64,000 nucleotides of DNA, taken from contig DRHQ01000069.1 in assembly GCA_011049545.1 (NCBI GenBank), positions 11,180-75,179 on the forward strand, given 5' to 3'. This stretch comes from Candidatus Aminicenantes bacterium (GTDB lineage: Bacteria > Acidobacteriota > Aminicenantia > Aminicenantales > Aminicenantaceae). The position numbers and the translations under genes were made by a program. Every line of letters starts with the position of its first letter. Position 1 is the first letter of the stretch. Below, one piece after another: positions 36,628 through 46,886 of the stretch. Below the pieces are notes generated by a model that saw nothing but the letters and a program-made list of their open reading frames with translations, had not been told where the DNA came from and searched no databases.

Positions 36628-38843
36628 TTTTTTTCTTCCTTTCTATTTTTATCCAAGGAAAAATTCTGGGCATCTAGCAGTGCCAGCCCGTCCATGTGCG
36701 AGGGCACCTGGAGGCCAAATAATTCGAGTGCTGTAGGAGCGATATCCATTATGGAAGGATTCTTGGTGTTTATTTTTTCGCTGCAGAAAAATATGCCGGG
36801 GACAATCCTGGGATCGATGCAGTGGTCTCCACTCCAGGCTTTGATGTTATCTTCAAAGACAAGGTTGTTGACTTTTCCAGTTACTGAATCCCAGGAAATC
36901 CTGTATCCTTCATTGTATCCTACAACAAGATCAGGACAATTATCTAGATAAGGCCCAGATGGAAGTTCATCCCGGTCGAATACTTTATTGATGGCTACAG
37001 AGTTTCTTTCTTCGTCTTTTAGACCATCCAGCTTTCTTATGAGCTCTCTCTTTAAGCCTTTTGTTTCTTCACCGGCATGAATAGTCCCCTTTGCTTCCCT
37101 GCCTTTCTGGTTTATGTAAACTCCCCCAAGACCCAAAGCATATGCTTTGGTGTGTTCCCAGTCGACATCCTTAAACCACTCATCGCTTCCTTTTTTTCCT
37201 TCCTTAAGGGAGAGATAGCCATTCAGATAAAGCCAGGAATTGAGATTCACTCCACGGCGGAAGGACTTAAAGCCATGATCTGACATGATGATTACAACGT
37301 CTTTTTCATCTGTTTTACCGAGAACTTTCCCCACCAGTCCATCCATTTTTTGATAAAGGTCTTCGATGACCTTGGCGCTCATTTTAGCCTGTCCGCTTTC
37401 GAGCGCAGGATGGCTCTCATCAAGATACCGCCAGAACATATGCTGGATGCTGTCCGTGGTCTCAAAAACACAGGTGATCAAGCCTTTTTTTGTTTTATGC
37501 ATAGCGTTGAAAAGCATGTTTTCCCATTCTTCATGGTTTGAATAAGTCAATTCTAAGAAGGCTTCTTCGCTGAGAACTCCTTCGTTCAGGGCCCAGGTAT
37601 CGTTTGCTTCCCCAAGCGTTATGAAGCTTCCCAGGAGCTTTGCCAGGTAGACAGAATAGATAAAGGGATGGGAAATAGGCAGAGCTGGTTTTTCCGGGTC
37701 TAAATTTAGCGGAGTGAGATACATCTCGAAATGAGGCTGAATTTGAGAAATATAAAAACGACAGATAGCTCTTATTTTTATTCCCAGGCCAGGGCGGAAT
37801 GTCAGTTTTTTCCATTCTGAGAATGTATGCTTTCCCAGCTTGAATTTTTGGCCAGAGACTTCCAGTAAAGCTTCTTCTTTATTTTTATCGATGGAAATTC
37901 GAAGAGGGAGGCGAATTTCTTCATCATTGTGCAGAAGGGTGTTTTCTGGGCCTGATATGTAGGTTTCAATTTTATCGCCATTTAGGGTCACAGGGATGTT
38001 CATTCCGCCTTCCCGCTTTTTTATTCTCTCTTTATCTGAGGTGTAAAAAGAGAAAGTTCCCTGGCTTCCTTGTAGGTCAGGAGTACACATGCCAGAGAGG
38101 AGATGTCCATTGAATTTTTCTGGCGGAAAGGTTATTGGTACTCTCAGAATAGTGCTGAAAATGCCTTTCTGCCCTAATATTTTCCAAAAAGGAATGCTCT
38201 TCCGCAGACCTTTGATTTCAGGTTTTGAAAGGGGAATATTGTATTTTCCTAGAGACAGAGTTTTCTTAGGCTTTCCGATCCGCGCAGAGGAAAGATCTGG
38301 AAGGTATGTCTTTGGATCGCGGCTGAGAAAATCAAAGATGTTGTGTTTGGAAGGATTGGAACCTGTCATGAAAGAAGACCAGGCGACCGGAGATATGGAC
38401 GGAATAGTCGTTTGAAGTTTAGCGTATGTTCCTCTTTTTTTTAATTTTGAAAAATTGGGAAGTTTCCCTTCGGACATATATTTTTCGACAAGAGTCGGCT
38501 CCAGACCATCCAGCCCGATGATTATAAATCTATTGATACTGCTTTTCTTATATGCTCTTTGCCCTTTTATGACCCGCAAGAGAAAACGAAAAGGCCATGA
38601 GAAAAAGGAGAAAAGAGCCAGGAAAAAAGTTAGAAAAAGGATAAAAAAGGAGCTAAGAAAAGCAAATCCTGCTCCTGGACCGATATAAGCTTGGAGGGGT
38701 AGAGAAAAAGCAAGTAAAAGAATGAAAAAAGGAAAAAAAAGCGAAAGGCCACTTTTAGAGAAAAGGGGACAGGCTACTTTTTCTGGCAAAGGTTTTAGTT
38801 TGCCAAGATGCAGGATCCGCATAGAAATAGCGGCCTGTACCAT
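36624..38843 (-). CDS. Membrane-anchored AlkP-superfamily (COG3379-like) protein; start uncertain (38843 or 38822 preferred over 38939)
   Basis: Signal ending LQA|YIGPGAG then a TM helix; IGLDG, PSISPVAWSSFMTG, TDSIQH, MSDHG, WSGDH. Confidence 0.86.
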   Translation of the reverse strand: MVQAAISMRILHLGKLKPLPEKVACPLFSKSGLSLFFPFFILLLAFSLPLQAYIGPGAGFAFLSSFFILFLTFFLALFSFFSWPFRFLLRVIKGQRAYKKSSINRFIIIGLDGLEPTLVEKYMSEGKLPNFSKLKKRGTYAKLQTTIPSISPVAWSSFMTGSNPSKHNIFDFLSRDPKTYLPDLSSARIGKPKKTLSLGKYNIPLSKPEIKGLRKSIPFWKILGQKGIFSTILRVPITFPPEKFNGHLLSGMCTPDLQGSQGTFSFYTSDKERIKKREGGMNIPVTLNGDKIETYISGPENTLLHNDEEIRLPLRISIDKNKEEALLEVSGQKFKLGKHTFSEWKKLTFRPGLGIKIRAICRFYISQIQPHFEMYLTPLNLDPEKPALPISHPFIYSVYLAKLLGSFITLGEANDTWALNEGVLSEEAFLELTYSNHEEWENMLFNAMHKTKKGLITCVFETTDSIQHMFWRYLDESHPALESGQAKMSAKVIEDLYQKMDGLVGKVLGKTDEKDVVIIMSDHGFKSFRRGVNLNSWLYLNGYLSLKEGKKGSDEWFKDVDWEHTKAYALGLGGVYINQKGREAKGTIHAGEETKGLKRELIRKLDGLKDEERNSVAINKVFDRDELPSGPYLDNCPDLVVGYNEGYRISWDSVTGKVNNLVFEDNIKAWSGDHCIDPRIVPGIFFCSEKINTKNPSIMDIAPTALELFGLQVPSHMDGLALLDAQNFSLDKNRKEEKK

Positions 38844-38921
38844 TTTTTTTCTTTTTCTTGGAAAAAGTTGAGTTCTCCAAGATTTAAATTGCACGAAGAA
38901 AAAATAGCCTGTCCTCATTTT
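38761..38921. repeat. Inverted REP-like pair at the AlkP gene junction
   Basis: AAAAGGGGACAGGCTACTTTT (38761-81) and AAAAATAGCCTGTCCTCATTT (38900-20); same GGGGACAG core as the 25.3-kb cluster. Confidence 0.6.
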
Positions 38922-40221
38922 ATTTACTTGAAAAGTCATCCAGGATTATCTTGGCTAAATCAGAGATGGAGAGGTCCTGGCCTTGTTCTTTTTTTGAAAA
39001 GAAAAAAGCGTCATCCCATGTGTGCATGCCTTGCAGTTTTGAGTGGCCAAAGACTTCCTTTTTCTTTACTGAACCCTTCATATCAAAGCCACATTCTGAG
39101 AGCACGATTAAATCTGGGCCCTCGGCAAGATAGGGACCCGAGTAAATTTCTTCAGCATCAAACACACATCTCACAACTTTTTTCCCTTTGTATTCAAGCT
39201 TATCCAATTTTTTGCTGATTTCTTCTTTTAGAGCTTTTTTTTCTGATTGTTCAACGCAACCTTCAGGGAATTTTTCTTTCAAGTTCAGGTAGATACGGTT
39301 TGGCTCCATGACAAAGGCTCTCGATGAAGGAGAGATCTCGGCCAGGCTTTCGGGAGAAGGATTATTGAACTTTAAATAGCCCTGCTCCTCCAGCCAAGTA
39401 TTAAGATAGACTTCCTGTTCGATCTTGGCAAATCCGTGATCTGAAAGAAGATAGAGACCTTTATCATTGTCAGTTAACTTCCGAAAAGACGTAACGATTT
39501 CGTCGATTACTCGGTCGATCTGACTGTAGTAATCTAGGAAGTTTTGATGATACACATGGCTTTCATCTTCATAAGCATCCCACTGGAAATGATGGAGGCG
39601 GTCCGTGCCGGTGATGACAAATTCAAAATAATCCCAATCTTCCTTCCAGAAGAGATTAAAAGCATTCAGGCGTGCACTCAGGGTTTTAGCCAGATCCTTC
39701 CAGAGAAATTCAGTATTTTCTGCTGATTTTTGGGTGTCAATATCGATCTCGTAGCCCACCCTCTCTAGAGGAGCTTGGAAAGAGGGAGGATAAACTGCCT
39801 TAGAGAGTTCAATGGCTACAAAACCTGAAATCAGAATTCCGTTAATTTTGCGGGCGGGATAAGTTGAGGGTTGATTGATGATGATGCATTTTTTCCTTTG
39901 GTCTCCCAGCTTATCCCAGAATGTCTCTTTTTTTAGATCCAGGAAATTCGGGAAGCAAAGGTCATAAGAGTTCTTTTTGAAGTCTGTAAAGCCAAAGATG
40001 CCGTGAGTTCCGGGATTTGTTCCAGTCATGAAATTTGTCCAGCTTACAGCAGAAATTTCAGGAAGGCTTGCCTTCATCCGCTGAATGTAGCCTGAGTCAA
40101 TAAGCTTTGAAGTTGTGGGCATGATACCTTTTTGAGCGAGCTCAAGCAGGAGAGAGTAGGGAACTCCATCCAGGCCTATCACTAAAACTCTTTCTTTCTT
40201 TTTTTTCTTAAAAAGCGACAT
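38920..40221 (-). CDS. Cytoplasmic AlkP-superfamily (COG3379-like) protein (start moved from 40296 to 40221)
   Basis: IGLDG, PEISAVSWTNFMTG, TDRLHH, LSDHG, GMHT; no signal peptide. The promoter lies inside the longer predicted ORF. Confidence 0.87.
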   Translation of the reverse strand: MSLFKKKKKERVLVIGLDGVPYSLLLELAQKGIMPTTSKLIDSGYIQRMKASLPEISAVSWTNFMTGTNPGTHGIFGFTDFKKNSYDLCFPNFLDLKKETFWDKLGDQRKKCIIINQPSTYPARKINGILISGFVAIELSKAVYPPSFQAPLERVGYEIDIDTQKSAENTEFLWKDLAKTLSARLNAFNLFWKEDWDYFEFVITGTDRLHHFQWDAYEDESHVYHQNFLDYYSQIDRVIDEIVTSFRKLTDNDKGLYLLSDHGFAKIEQEVYLNTWLEEQGYLKFNNPSPESLAEISPSSRAFVMEPNRIYLNLKEKFPEGCVEQSEKKALKEEISKKLDKLEYKGKKVVRCVFDAEEIYSGPYLAEGPDLIVLSECGFDMKGSVKKKEVFGHSKLQGMHTWDDAFFFSKKEQGQDLSISDLAKIILDDFSSK

Positions 40222-40231
40222 GAAGCTCTTT

Positions 40232-40259
40232 ATTATAACAGGGGACATGGTGATGTCAA
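40232..40259 (-). promoter_or_regulatory. Consensus sigma70 promoter of the AlkP operon
   Basis: TTGACA-N16-TATAAT with extended TGn; ATG 10 nt downstream. Confidence 0.75.
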
Positions 40260-40327
40260 TTTTTGCCAGCTTGAAGAAAATGGGGGCAGGGCCCATTTAT
40301 TCTGGGCAAAAGCAACGTGTTTTTTAA

Positions 40328-42499
40328 CTATATAGCCTGAGCCTTTCTGGATCCGAGGATGATCCTGGCATCGACGATAGCACAGCCTTTCCCTCTCTCA
40401 TAGACAAAAAGAGGGTTTATATCCAGTTCTTTGATTTCCTCAAGGTCTGTAACGAGCTGAGATAGTCTTTTCAAGCATTCAGCTACAGCCTTTATGTCGT
40501 AAGGCGGCTCACCTCTAAATCCTTCCAGGATTTTATGAGTTTTTGTTTTTGCGATCATCATGTCTGCTGTACGCTCACGAATAGGAGCAAGGCGGAAACT
40601 GACATCCTCCAGGACTTCAACATAAATTCCTCCCAGGCCAAACATCAGAATTGGGCCAAACTGAGGATCTCTGCTCATTCCCAAAATAATTTCTTTTCCC
40701 TGAGAGGCCATTTCTTCTACAAGTACACCTCTAATTTTTGCCTTAGGTTTTTTAGATTTGATATTCTTAAGCATTTCTTGGTAGGCCTCACGGACTTCGT
40801 TTTTATTCTTTAAGTTGAGTTTGACTCCGCCGAAATCAAATTTATGGAGGATATCAGGAGAGGCGATTTTCAGGACTACAGGAAAGCCGATTTTTTGGGC
40901 TGCATTTGCTGCTTCTGTTTTGGTTCTAGCCAGAGAGGATTTGACTAAAGGGAATTGATAAGCCTTAAGAACCTCGTAAGATTCATGCTCTAACAGGAAA
41001 AGCCGGCCCTCTTTTTTAACAGAATCTATGATTTTTTTGGCCCTGGCTTTATTTACGCTGAATTTTTTTACTCCAGTTTTTGGCCGGTTGAGCCACAAGT
41101 TGAACTTGGTCATCTCAGAAAGCACCCGGGCTGCTGATTCAGGAAACCTGTAAGAAGGAATTCCGTTTTCTTCCAGGATCTCGATTCCCGTAGAGACATC
41201 ATAAACTCCCAAAAAACTGCATAAGACCGGCTTTTGGAATTTTTTGGTTGTTTTGACAATTGAATCGGCAATTTTATCCACGTTGGTGAAGGAAGTAGCA
41301 GTCAGGATAATGATGGAAGAATGAACGTTTTTGTCTTTCAATATTTCCTTTAAAGTTGCCTCATACTGTTCATGCTGGGCATCTGCGATCAAATCAATAG
41401 GATTATTTAAACTTGCCTGGGGAGGCAGGATCGTCTTTAAAGTTTTTACTGTATTTCGGCTAAGGGGGGCAATATTCAGGCCATGGCGAATGCAGGAATC
41501 AGTGGCTAATATTCCTGGTCCTCCTGAGTTTGTGATGATGGCGACATTATCTCCTTTGGGTAAAGGCTGGCTGGAGAAACCCTTGACATAATCGAAGAGC
41601 TCTTCCAAAGTTTCTCCCCTGAGCACTCCACTCTGGCTAAAGATGGCATCATAAACTCTGTCCGAACCAGCCAGGGAGCCGGTGTGAGATGAAGCTGCTT
41701 TGGCACCTAACAGAGTGCGCCCTGCTTTAAGGGCGATGATAGGTTTGGGATTCGTAGGGCTGCTGGTGATATCGTGGGCTATTTTCATGAACTCTCTTCC
41801 GTTGACAAGGTCTTCAAGATACATCAAGATGACGTCTGTTTTCGGGTCATTTTTCAAGTAGAGCAAAAGCTCATTCTCAGTCAAGCCTGCTTTATTCCCC
41901 ATGCTGATAAATTTGGAAAATCCGATGTTGGACTCTTTGGCATAATCAAGTACTGCCACACAGAGGGCGCCGCTTTGAGAGATGAAAGCAATATTTCCTT
42001 CTTTGGACATCGGTGTGCCGAATGTAGCGTTCATAGATGACTCAAGGTCGGTGTTCATAATGCCCAAACAATTCGGTCCTACAAGGGAAATATCATACTT
42101 CTGAATAATCTTTTGGACCTTTTTCTCCAGTTCTATTCCCTTTCCTCCTATTTCCTTGAATCCGGCTGAAATAACGATGGCTCCTTTGATCTTCTTCTTT
42201 CCGCATTCTTCTAGAATACCGGGGACAAAGCGCGAAGGAACTATGACGATTGCCAGGTCCAATTCATCAGGAATATCCATCACTGTGGCATAGCATTTTA
42301 TTCCGAGAATTCCTTTGGCTCGTGGATTAACAGGATAGACGATTCCCTGGAAGCGGCTGTCGATTATGTTGGCGAGAAGGGCTTGGCCAACAGAACCTTG
42401 CTGTCTTGAAGCACCGATGATAGCCATGGTTTTAGGATAGAAAATCGAGCTAAGTTTGCCGGCGGTCTTATCTAGTGTTTTTGATTTTTCCATTGGCAA
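40328..42499 (-). CDS. ADP-forming acetyl/acyl-CoA synthetase, fused alpha-beta (ACD)
   Basis: CoA-binding IIGAS, GPNCLG, SQSGA, phospho-His ASSHTGSLAG, TNSGGPG, ATP-grasp HKFDFGGV...LDINP. Confidence 0.93.
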   Translation of the reverse strand: MPMEKSKTLDKTAGKLSSIFYPKTMAIIGASRQQGSVGQALLANIIDSRFQGIVYPVNPRAKGILGIKCYATVMDIPDELDLAIVIVPSRFVPGILEECGKKKIKGAIVISAGFKEIGGKGIELEKKVQKIIQKYDISLVGPNCLGIMNTDLESSMNATFGTPMSKEGNIAFISQSGALCVAVLDYAKESNIGFSKFISMGNKAGLTENELLLYLKNDPKTDVILMYLEDLVNGREFMKIAHDITSSPTNPKPIIALKAGRTLLGAKAASSHTGSLAGSDRVYDAIFSQSGVLRGETLEELFDYVKGFSSQPLPKGDNVAIITNSGGPGILATDSCIRHGLNIAPLSRNTVKTLKTILPPQASLNNPIDLIADAQHEQYEATLKEILKDKNVHSSIIILTATSFTNVDKIADSIVKTTKKFQKPVLCSFLGVYDVSTGIEILEENGIPSYRFPESAARVLSEMTKFNLWLNRPKTGVKKFSVNKARAKKIIDSVKKEGRLFLLEHESYEVLKAYQFPLVKSSLARTKTEAANAAQKIGFPVVLKIASPDILHKFDFGGVKLNLKNKNEVREAYQEMLKNIKSKKPKAKIRGVLVEEMASQGKEIILGMSRDPQFGPILMFGLGGIYVEVLEDVSFRLAPIRERTADMMIAKTKTHKILEGFRGEPPYDIKAVAECLKRLSQLVTDLEEIKELDINPLFVYERGKGCAIVDARIILGSRKAQAI

Positions 42500-42543
42500 T
42501 AAACCTCGCTAACTTATCATTTGAGGAATCAAACCTTTTCTGC

Positions 42544-43269
42544 TTATTTTTGGCTTTGAGATTTCAGGGCTTTTAACACATGCTCAAGAAATGTTTCTTC
42601 TGGAACGGCACCATCTATGAAAATATTCTCGTTTATTACTGTCTTTGGAACTCCGAAGACATTGTACTTATGTGAAATATGAGGAAATTCTGTGGATTCG
42701 ACCATGTCAGCCCTTATTCGAGGAGACTCTAGAGCAAATTGATGACCTAAGTGGACGACCTGAGGGCAATAAGGGCAGGTGGGAGTCACAAAGACCTGAA
42801 TGTGGATATCCTTGTCAATAGTTTTTAAAGCTTCTCTGGTTTTTTGACTCAGTCCAGTCTTTCCCTTGGAAACATCAAGGATGGCTTCAATAAGGCTTGT
42901 GTACTCGTATCCAGAGGGGATGCCGAAAAATCTTAGGCCATAATCTTTCTGGCCCAAGATGATTGTAGCCGGGATCTTGTCGATTCCATACTCGGCTGCT
43001 TTTTCTTTATCCCCACTGAAATCGTAGATTACAAGTTCTATTTTATCAGAGAGAGCGCTGACTTCTTTCAGCAATTCTCTTGTTTCCTTGCAAAAGACAC
43101 ATTCCTGTCCTTTTAGATGATCAGGAACGGTCAGTCGACTTGGTTCTTGGGTAAAAAGGAGAAGAGTTACTTTCTCTTTCATCTCCTCATCGAATTTTTT
43201 CCTTGTCGCTTCTACGACTTCTTTGTTTAATATTTCCATATTTTTACTTCCACATTCATTTTTAAACAT
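42544..43269 (-). CDS. Protein disulfide oxidoreductase (PDO, double thioredoxin fold)
   Basis: CVFC and CPYC; GIPSGYEYTSL; GVP. GGAGG RBS favours a start at 43269. Confidence 0.9.
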   Translation of the reverse strand: MFKNECGSKNMEILNKEVVEATRKKFDEEMKEKVTLLLFTQEPSRLTVPDHLKGQECVFCKETRELLKEVSALSDKIELVIYDFSGDKEKAAEYGIDKIPATIILGQKDYGLRFFGIPSGYEYTSLIEAILDVSKGKTGLSQKTREALKTIDKDIHIQVFVTPTCPYCPQVVHLGHQFALESPRIRADMVESTEFPHISHKYNVFGVPKTVINENIFIDGAVPEETFLEHVLKALKSQSQK

Positions 43270-43418
43270 TGTAATTCCCTCCGCTCGAAAAATCAACAAA
43301 TCGATGGGAATCGATGAGTTCGCCCATTAAGATATTGGCTATGAAGCTTGCCCCGAAAAAAACTGTGTGCTATATTTTAGCTCTTTTATATCAAGTCATT
43401 TTTCAGTAAGGAGGAAAG

Positions 43419-46400
43419 ATGAAAACGAAAGTGTTTTTATTTATATTTTGCATTTTATTACTGTTTTCGGGTATTACCTATGCTTCACAAGAAGCTCGCG
43501 TACTTCGCTTCCCATCTATCCACAATGATCAGATTGTATTTACCTATGCTGGCGATCTGTACACAGTTTCCTCTGTAGGAGGTCTTGCCCGAAAGCTTAC
43601 GAGTCATAATGGGTTTGAAGTTTTTGCCCGTTTTTCACCCGATGGAGAGTACATAGCTTTTACAGGTGAGTATGACGGAAACCGTGAGGTCTATTTGATT
43701 CCCAGCTCAGGTGGAATACCCAAAAGACTAACCTACACTCCCACTCTCGGTCGTGATGACGTATCAGATAGGATGGGACCGAATAATATAGTGATGACCT
43801 GGAAACATGATAAAAAACATGTAGTTTTTCGTTCACGCATGAGGGAATGGAATAGCTTTAACGGCCAGCTGTATTTGGCTTCTGTTGAGGGGGGAACACC
43901 CGAACAGCTTCCTTTGCCCCGGGGTGGATTTTGTTCGTTTTCTGCCAATGATAAAATGATGGCCTATAATCGAGTTTTCCGCGAATTCAGAACTTGGAAA
44001 CGTTATCGGGGCGGCATGGCAGACGATATCTGGATTTATGATTTTGAGACAAAGAAAGTCAAAAACATTACCAATAATCCTGCTCAGGATATTATCCCCA
44101 TGTGGAGCGGCGACAGTATCTATTTTCTTTCAGACAGGGATGAGAATAAAAAGATGAATCTATTTGTCTATGATCTTACGACCGAAAAAACCAGGAAGCT
44201 GACAAGTTTCGATGATTTCGATATTAAGTTTCCTTCCCTTGGCCCGAAGGCCATTGTTTTTGAAAATGGAGGCTTTATCTATCGCTTTGACCTTGAGAAA
44301 AAAGAGGCTAAAAAAGTTCCTGTTAATATCTCCGATGATATGATGTCCAGCCGCGACAAATTTGTCAAAGTCGGTGAGAAGGTAACAAATTATGAAATCT
44401 CTCCAGATGGAAAGCGAGCCTTATTCGGTGCACGCGGAGAGATTTTTACTGTACCGGCTAAACATGGAAACACACGAAACCTGACCAACACTTCTGGGGT
44501 TCATGAGAGGAATTCAAAATGGTCTCCTGACGGGAAGTGGATTGCTTATATTTCCGATCAAAGTGGCGAGGATGAAATTTGTATTATGTTGCAGGATGGC
44601 TCAGGAGCACCAAGGCAAATCACAAAAGAAGGGGACACATACAAATATCAGATTTACTGGTCTCCTGATTCAAGAAAAATTCTCTGGGGTGATAAGCTGC
44701 TTCGCCTCAATTATGTTGATGTTGAGGCGAAAAAGATTGTTGAGGTCGCAAGGGCAAAAAGCTGGGAAATAAGAAACTACGCTTGGTCCCCTGATAGCAA
44801 TTGGATTTCTTACGAAAAGCCTGAAGCAAAATCAATGACAAAAATTTATCTTTACAACTGCACAACAAAAAAAACCTATGAAGTCACAGAGGGGTGGTAC
44901 TCTTCCTATTCACCTTCCTTTAGTTCGGATGGAAAGTATCTCTTTTTTATATCAGACAGAGATTTCAGTCCTATCTACAGCGAAACAGAATGGAATCATG
45001 CCTATTTATCCATGGCCAGAGTCTACCTGGTTACCCTTTCCAAAGATGTGAAGTCTCCCTTCGAGCCGAAGAGTGATGAGGTGACTGTAAAGAAAGAGAG
45101 CGAGAAAAGTCAAAAGTCTAAAAAAGGAGCAGAAAAAGACAAGGAAAAGGGAGATAAGGAAAAGAAGAGTGCCCAGAAAAAAGGGGCATGGATAAAAGTT
45201 GACCCTTCCGGCTTAAAAGATCGCATCATTGGCTTGCCAATCGGAGTTGCTAATTACCGGCACATAACCTCTGTTGGAGAGAAAATCTACTACATGATGA
45301 GAAGTGACGGGGATAGGAAGTCTTCTTTGAAAATGTATGATCTGAAAGAGCAGAAAGAGACAGATCTTGGAAATATCCGCGATTATGAGATCTCCCATGA
45401 TCAAGAGAAGATGCTGGTCTCTCAAGAGAAATCCTATGCCATTGTCGATCTACCAAAAGCTCCCCTGAAAATAAAGGATAAGCTGGATTTATCCAACATG
45501 GAGACCAAAGTGGACTTAAGGCAGGAGTGGAACCAGATTTTCAACGAATGCTGGCGTCAGATGAAATACTTCTTTTATGCACCGAATATGCACGGAGTGG
45601 ATTGGGAGGCGATGAAAGCACGCTACAAACCCTTAGCAGAGGCTGTTAGCCATAGGGCAGATTTAACCTACGTTATTGGAGAGATGATAGGTGAATTGAA
45701 TGTCGGGCACACTTATGTTGGCGGCGGTGATATACCCCAGCCAAAACGAGTTCCTGTGGGGATGCTTGGTGCTCAGTTTAAGCGTGATGCAAACTCTGGC
45801 TATTACAAAATCAAGAAGATCCTGAAAGGAGAGAATTGGAATAAATCTTTGCGGTCACCTTTGACTGAAGTTGGCATCAATGTGAAAGAGGGAGATTATT
45901 TAATAGCCATCAACGGAAAACAGACAAACAAAATGGCTGACTTGTATGAAGTTCTGCTCAACACTGTTGGAAAACAGGTGACACTCCGGGTGAACTCGAA
46001 GCCTGTAGAAAAAGGAAGCAGAAAAGTGATTGTTGTTCCTATTAAAGATGAGCTCTCGCTCGTTTACTACAATTTGGTCCAGAACAACATGGAGAAGGTT
46101 GACAAAGCAACAAAAGGGAAAGTCGGCTATATTCATCTTCCTGATATGGGACGCCAAGGATTGAACGAATTTGCCAAGCATTTTTATCCTCAGCTGCGGA
46201 AAAAGGCTCTCATCATCGATGTGCGTGGTAATGGCGGTGGAAATGTTTCACCAATGCTTATAGAGCGACTGAGGCGAGAGATAGCGATGATAGGTATGTC
46301 CCGTGATACAACAATCCCCGGACCTGATCCTGAAGCCATAATGCTAGGACCTAAAGTTTGTTTGATGGATGAATTTTCTGCCTCTGATGGAGACCTTTTT

Positions 46401-46727
46401 CCCTATCGTTTTAAAAAGCATAAGCTCGGCAAATTGATTGGAAAGCGCACGTGGGGTGGTGTTGTCGGAATTCGTAGCCCTCTACCGCTGGTTGACGGTG
46501 GCTCTCTCTATAAACCCGAGTTTGCCTCTTACAGTGTTGATGGAAAAGAGTGGATTATTGAAGGGCATGGTGTTGAGCCGGATATTTATGTGGATAACGA
46601 TCCAGCTAAAGAATATGAAGGAGAGGATCAACAACTGAATAAAGCCATTGAAGTTATTCTTGAAGAGTTGAAAACAAAAGAAAAAAAACTTCCTCCAATT
46701 CCTCCCTATAAGAAGAAGGACAAATAG
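43419..46727 (+). CDS. Tricorn-like protease (S41B) with signal peptide
   Basis: Two beta-propellers, VGHTY (His), PDZ, DVRGNGGG, FSASDGD (Ser), RTWGGVVG. Confidence 0.96.
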   Translation: MKTKVFLFIFCILLLFSGITYASQEARVLRFPSIHNDQIVFTYAGDLYTVSSVGGLARKLTSHNGFEVFARFSPDGEYIAFTGEYDGNREVYLIPSSGGIPKRLTYTPTLGRDDVSDRMGPNNIVMTWKHDKKHVVFRSRMREWNSFNGQLYLASVEGGTPEQLPLPRGGFCSFSANDKMMAYNRVFREFRTWKRYRGGMADDIWIYDFETKKVKNITNNPAQDIIPMWSGDSIYFLSDRDENKKMNLFVYDLTTEKTRKLTSFDDFDIKFPSLGPKAIVFENGGFIYRFDLEKKEAKKVPVNISDDMMSSRDKFVKVGEKVTNYEISPDGKRALFGARGEIFTVPAKHGNTRNLTNTSGVHERNSKWSPDGKWIAYISDQSGEDEICIMLQDGSGAPRQITKEGDTYKYQIYWSPDSRKILWGDKLLRLNYVDVEAKKIVEVARAKSWEIRNYAWSPDSNWISYEKPEAKSMTKIYLYNCTTKKTYEVTEGWYSSYSPSFSSDGKYLFFISDRDFSPIYSETEWNHAYLSMARVYLVTLSKDVKSPFEPKSDEVTVKKESEKSQKSKKGAEKDKEKGDKEKKSAQKKGAWIKVDPSGLKDRIIGLPIGVANYRHITSVGEKIYYMMRSDGDRKSSLKMYDLKEQKETDLGNIRDYEISHDQEKMLVSQEKSYAIVDLPKAPLKIKDKLDLSNMETKVDLRQEWNQIFNECWRQMKYFFYAPNMHGVDWEAMKARYKPLAEAVSHRADLTYVIGEMIGELNVGHTYVGGGDIPQPKRVPVGMLGAQFKRDANSGYYKIKKILKGENWNKSLRSPLTEVGINVKEGDYLIAINGKQTNKMADLYEVLLNTVGKQVTLRVNSKPVEKGSRKVIVVPIKDELSLVYYNLVQNNMEKVDKATKGKVGYIHLPDMGRQGLNEFAKHFYPQLRKKALIIDVRGNGGGNVSPMLIERLRREIAMIGMSRDTTIPGPDPEAIMLGPKVCLMDEFSASDGDLFPYRFKKHKLGKLIGKRTWGGVVGIRSPLPLVDGGSLYKPEFASYSVDGKEWIIEGHGVEPDIYVDNDPAKEYEGEDQQLNKAIEVILEELKTKEKKLPPIPPYKKKDK

Positions 46728-46787
46728 ATATTTTATTAATGGAGGGATTTGATTCATCAAATCCTTGCGTATTGAATTGGATTATTT

Positions 46788-46873
46788 GTAGGGGCTTGAT
46801 TCATCAAGCCCGCTGATTTATTGTGTAAATGGGGGCAGACCTGCAAAACTTGAATTTTTGCAAGTCTGACCCC
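46788..46873. repeat. GTAG-type REP palindrome plus a second hairpin
   Basis: GTAG-GGGCTTGATTCATCAAGCCC (46788-46811) and GGGGCAGACCTGCAAAA...TTTTGCAAGTCTGACCCC (46832-46873); half copy at 23443-60. Confidence 0.75.
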
Positions 46874-46886
46874 AGAGGATGAAACA

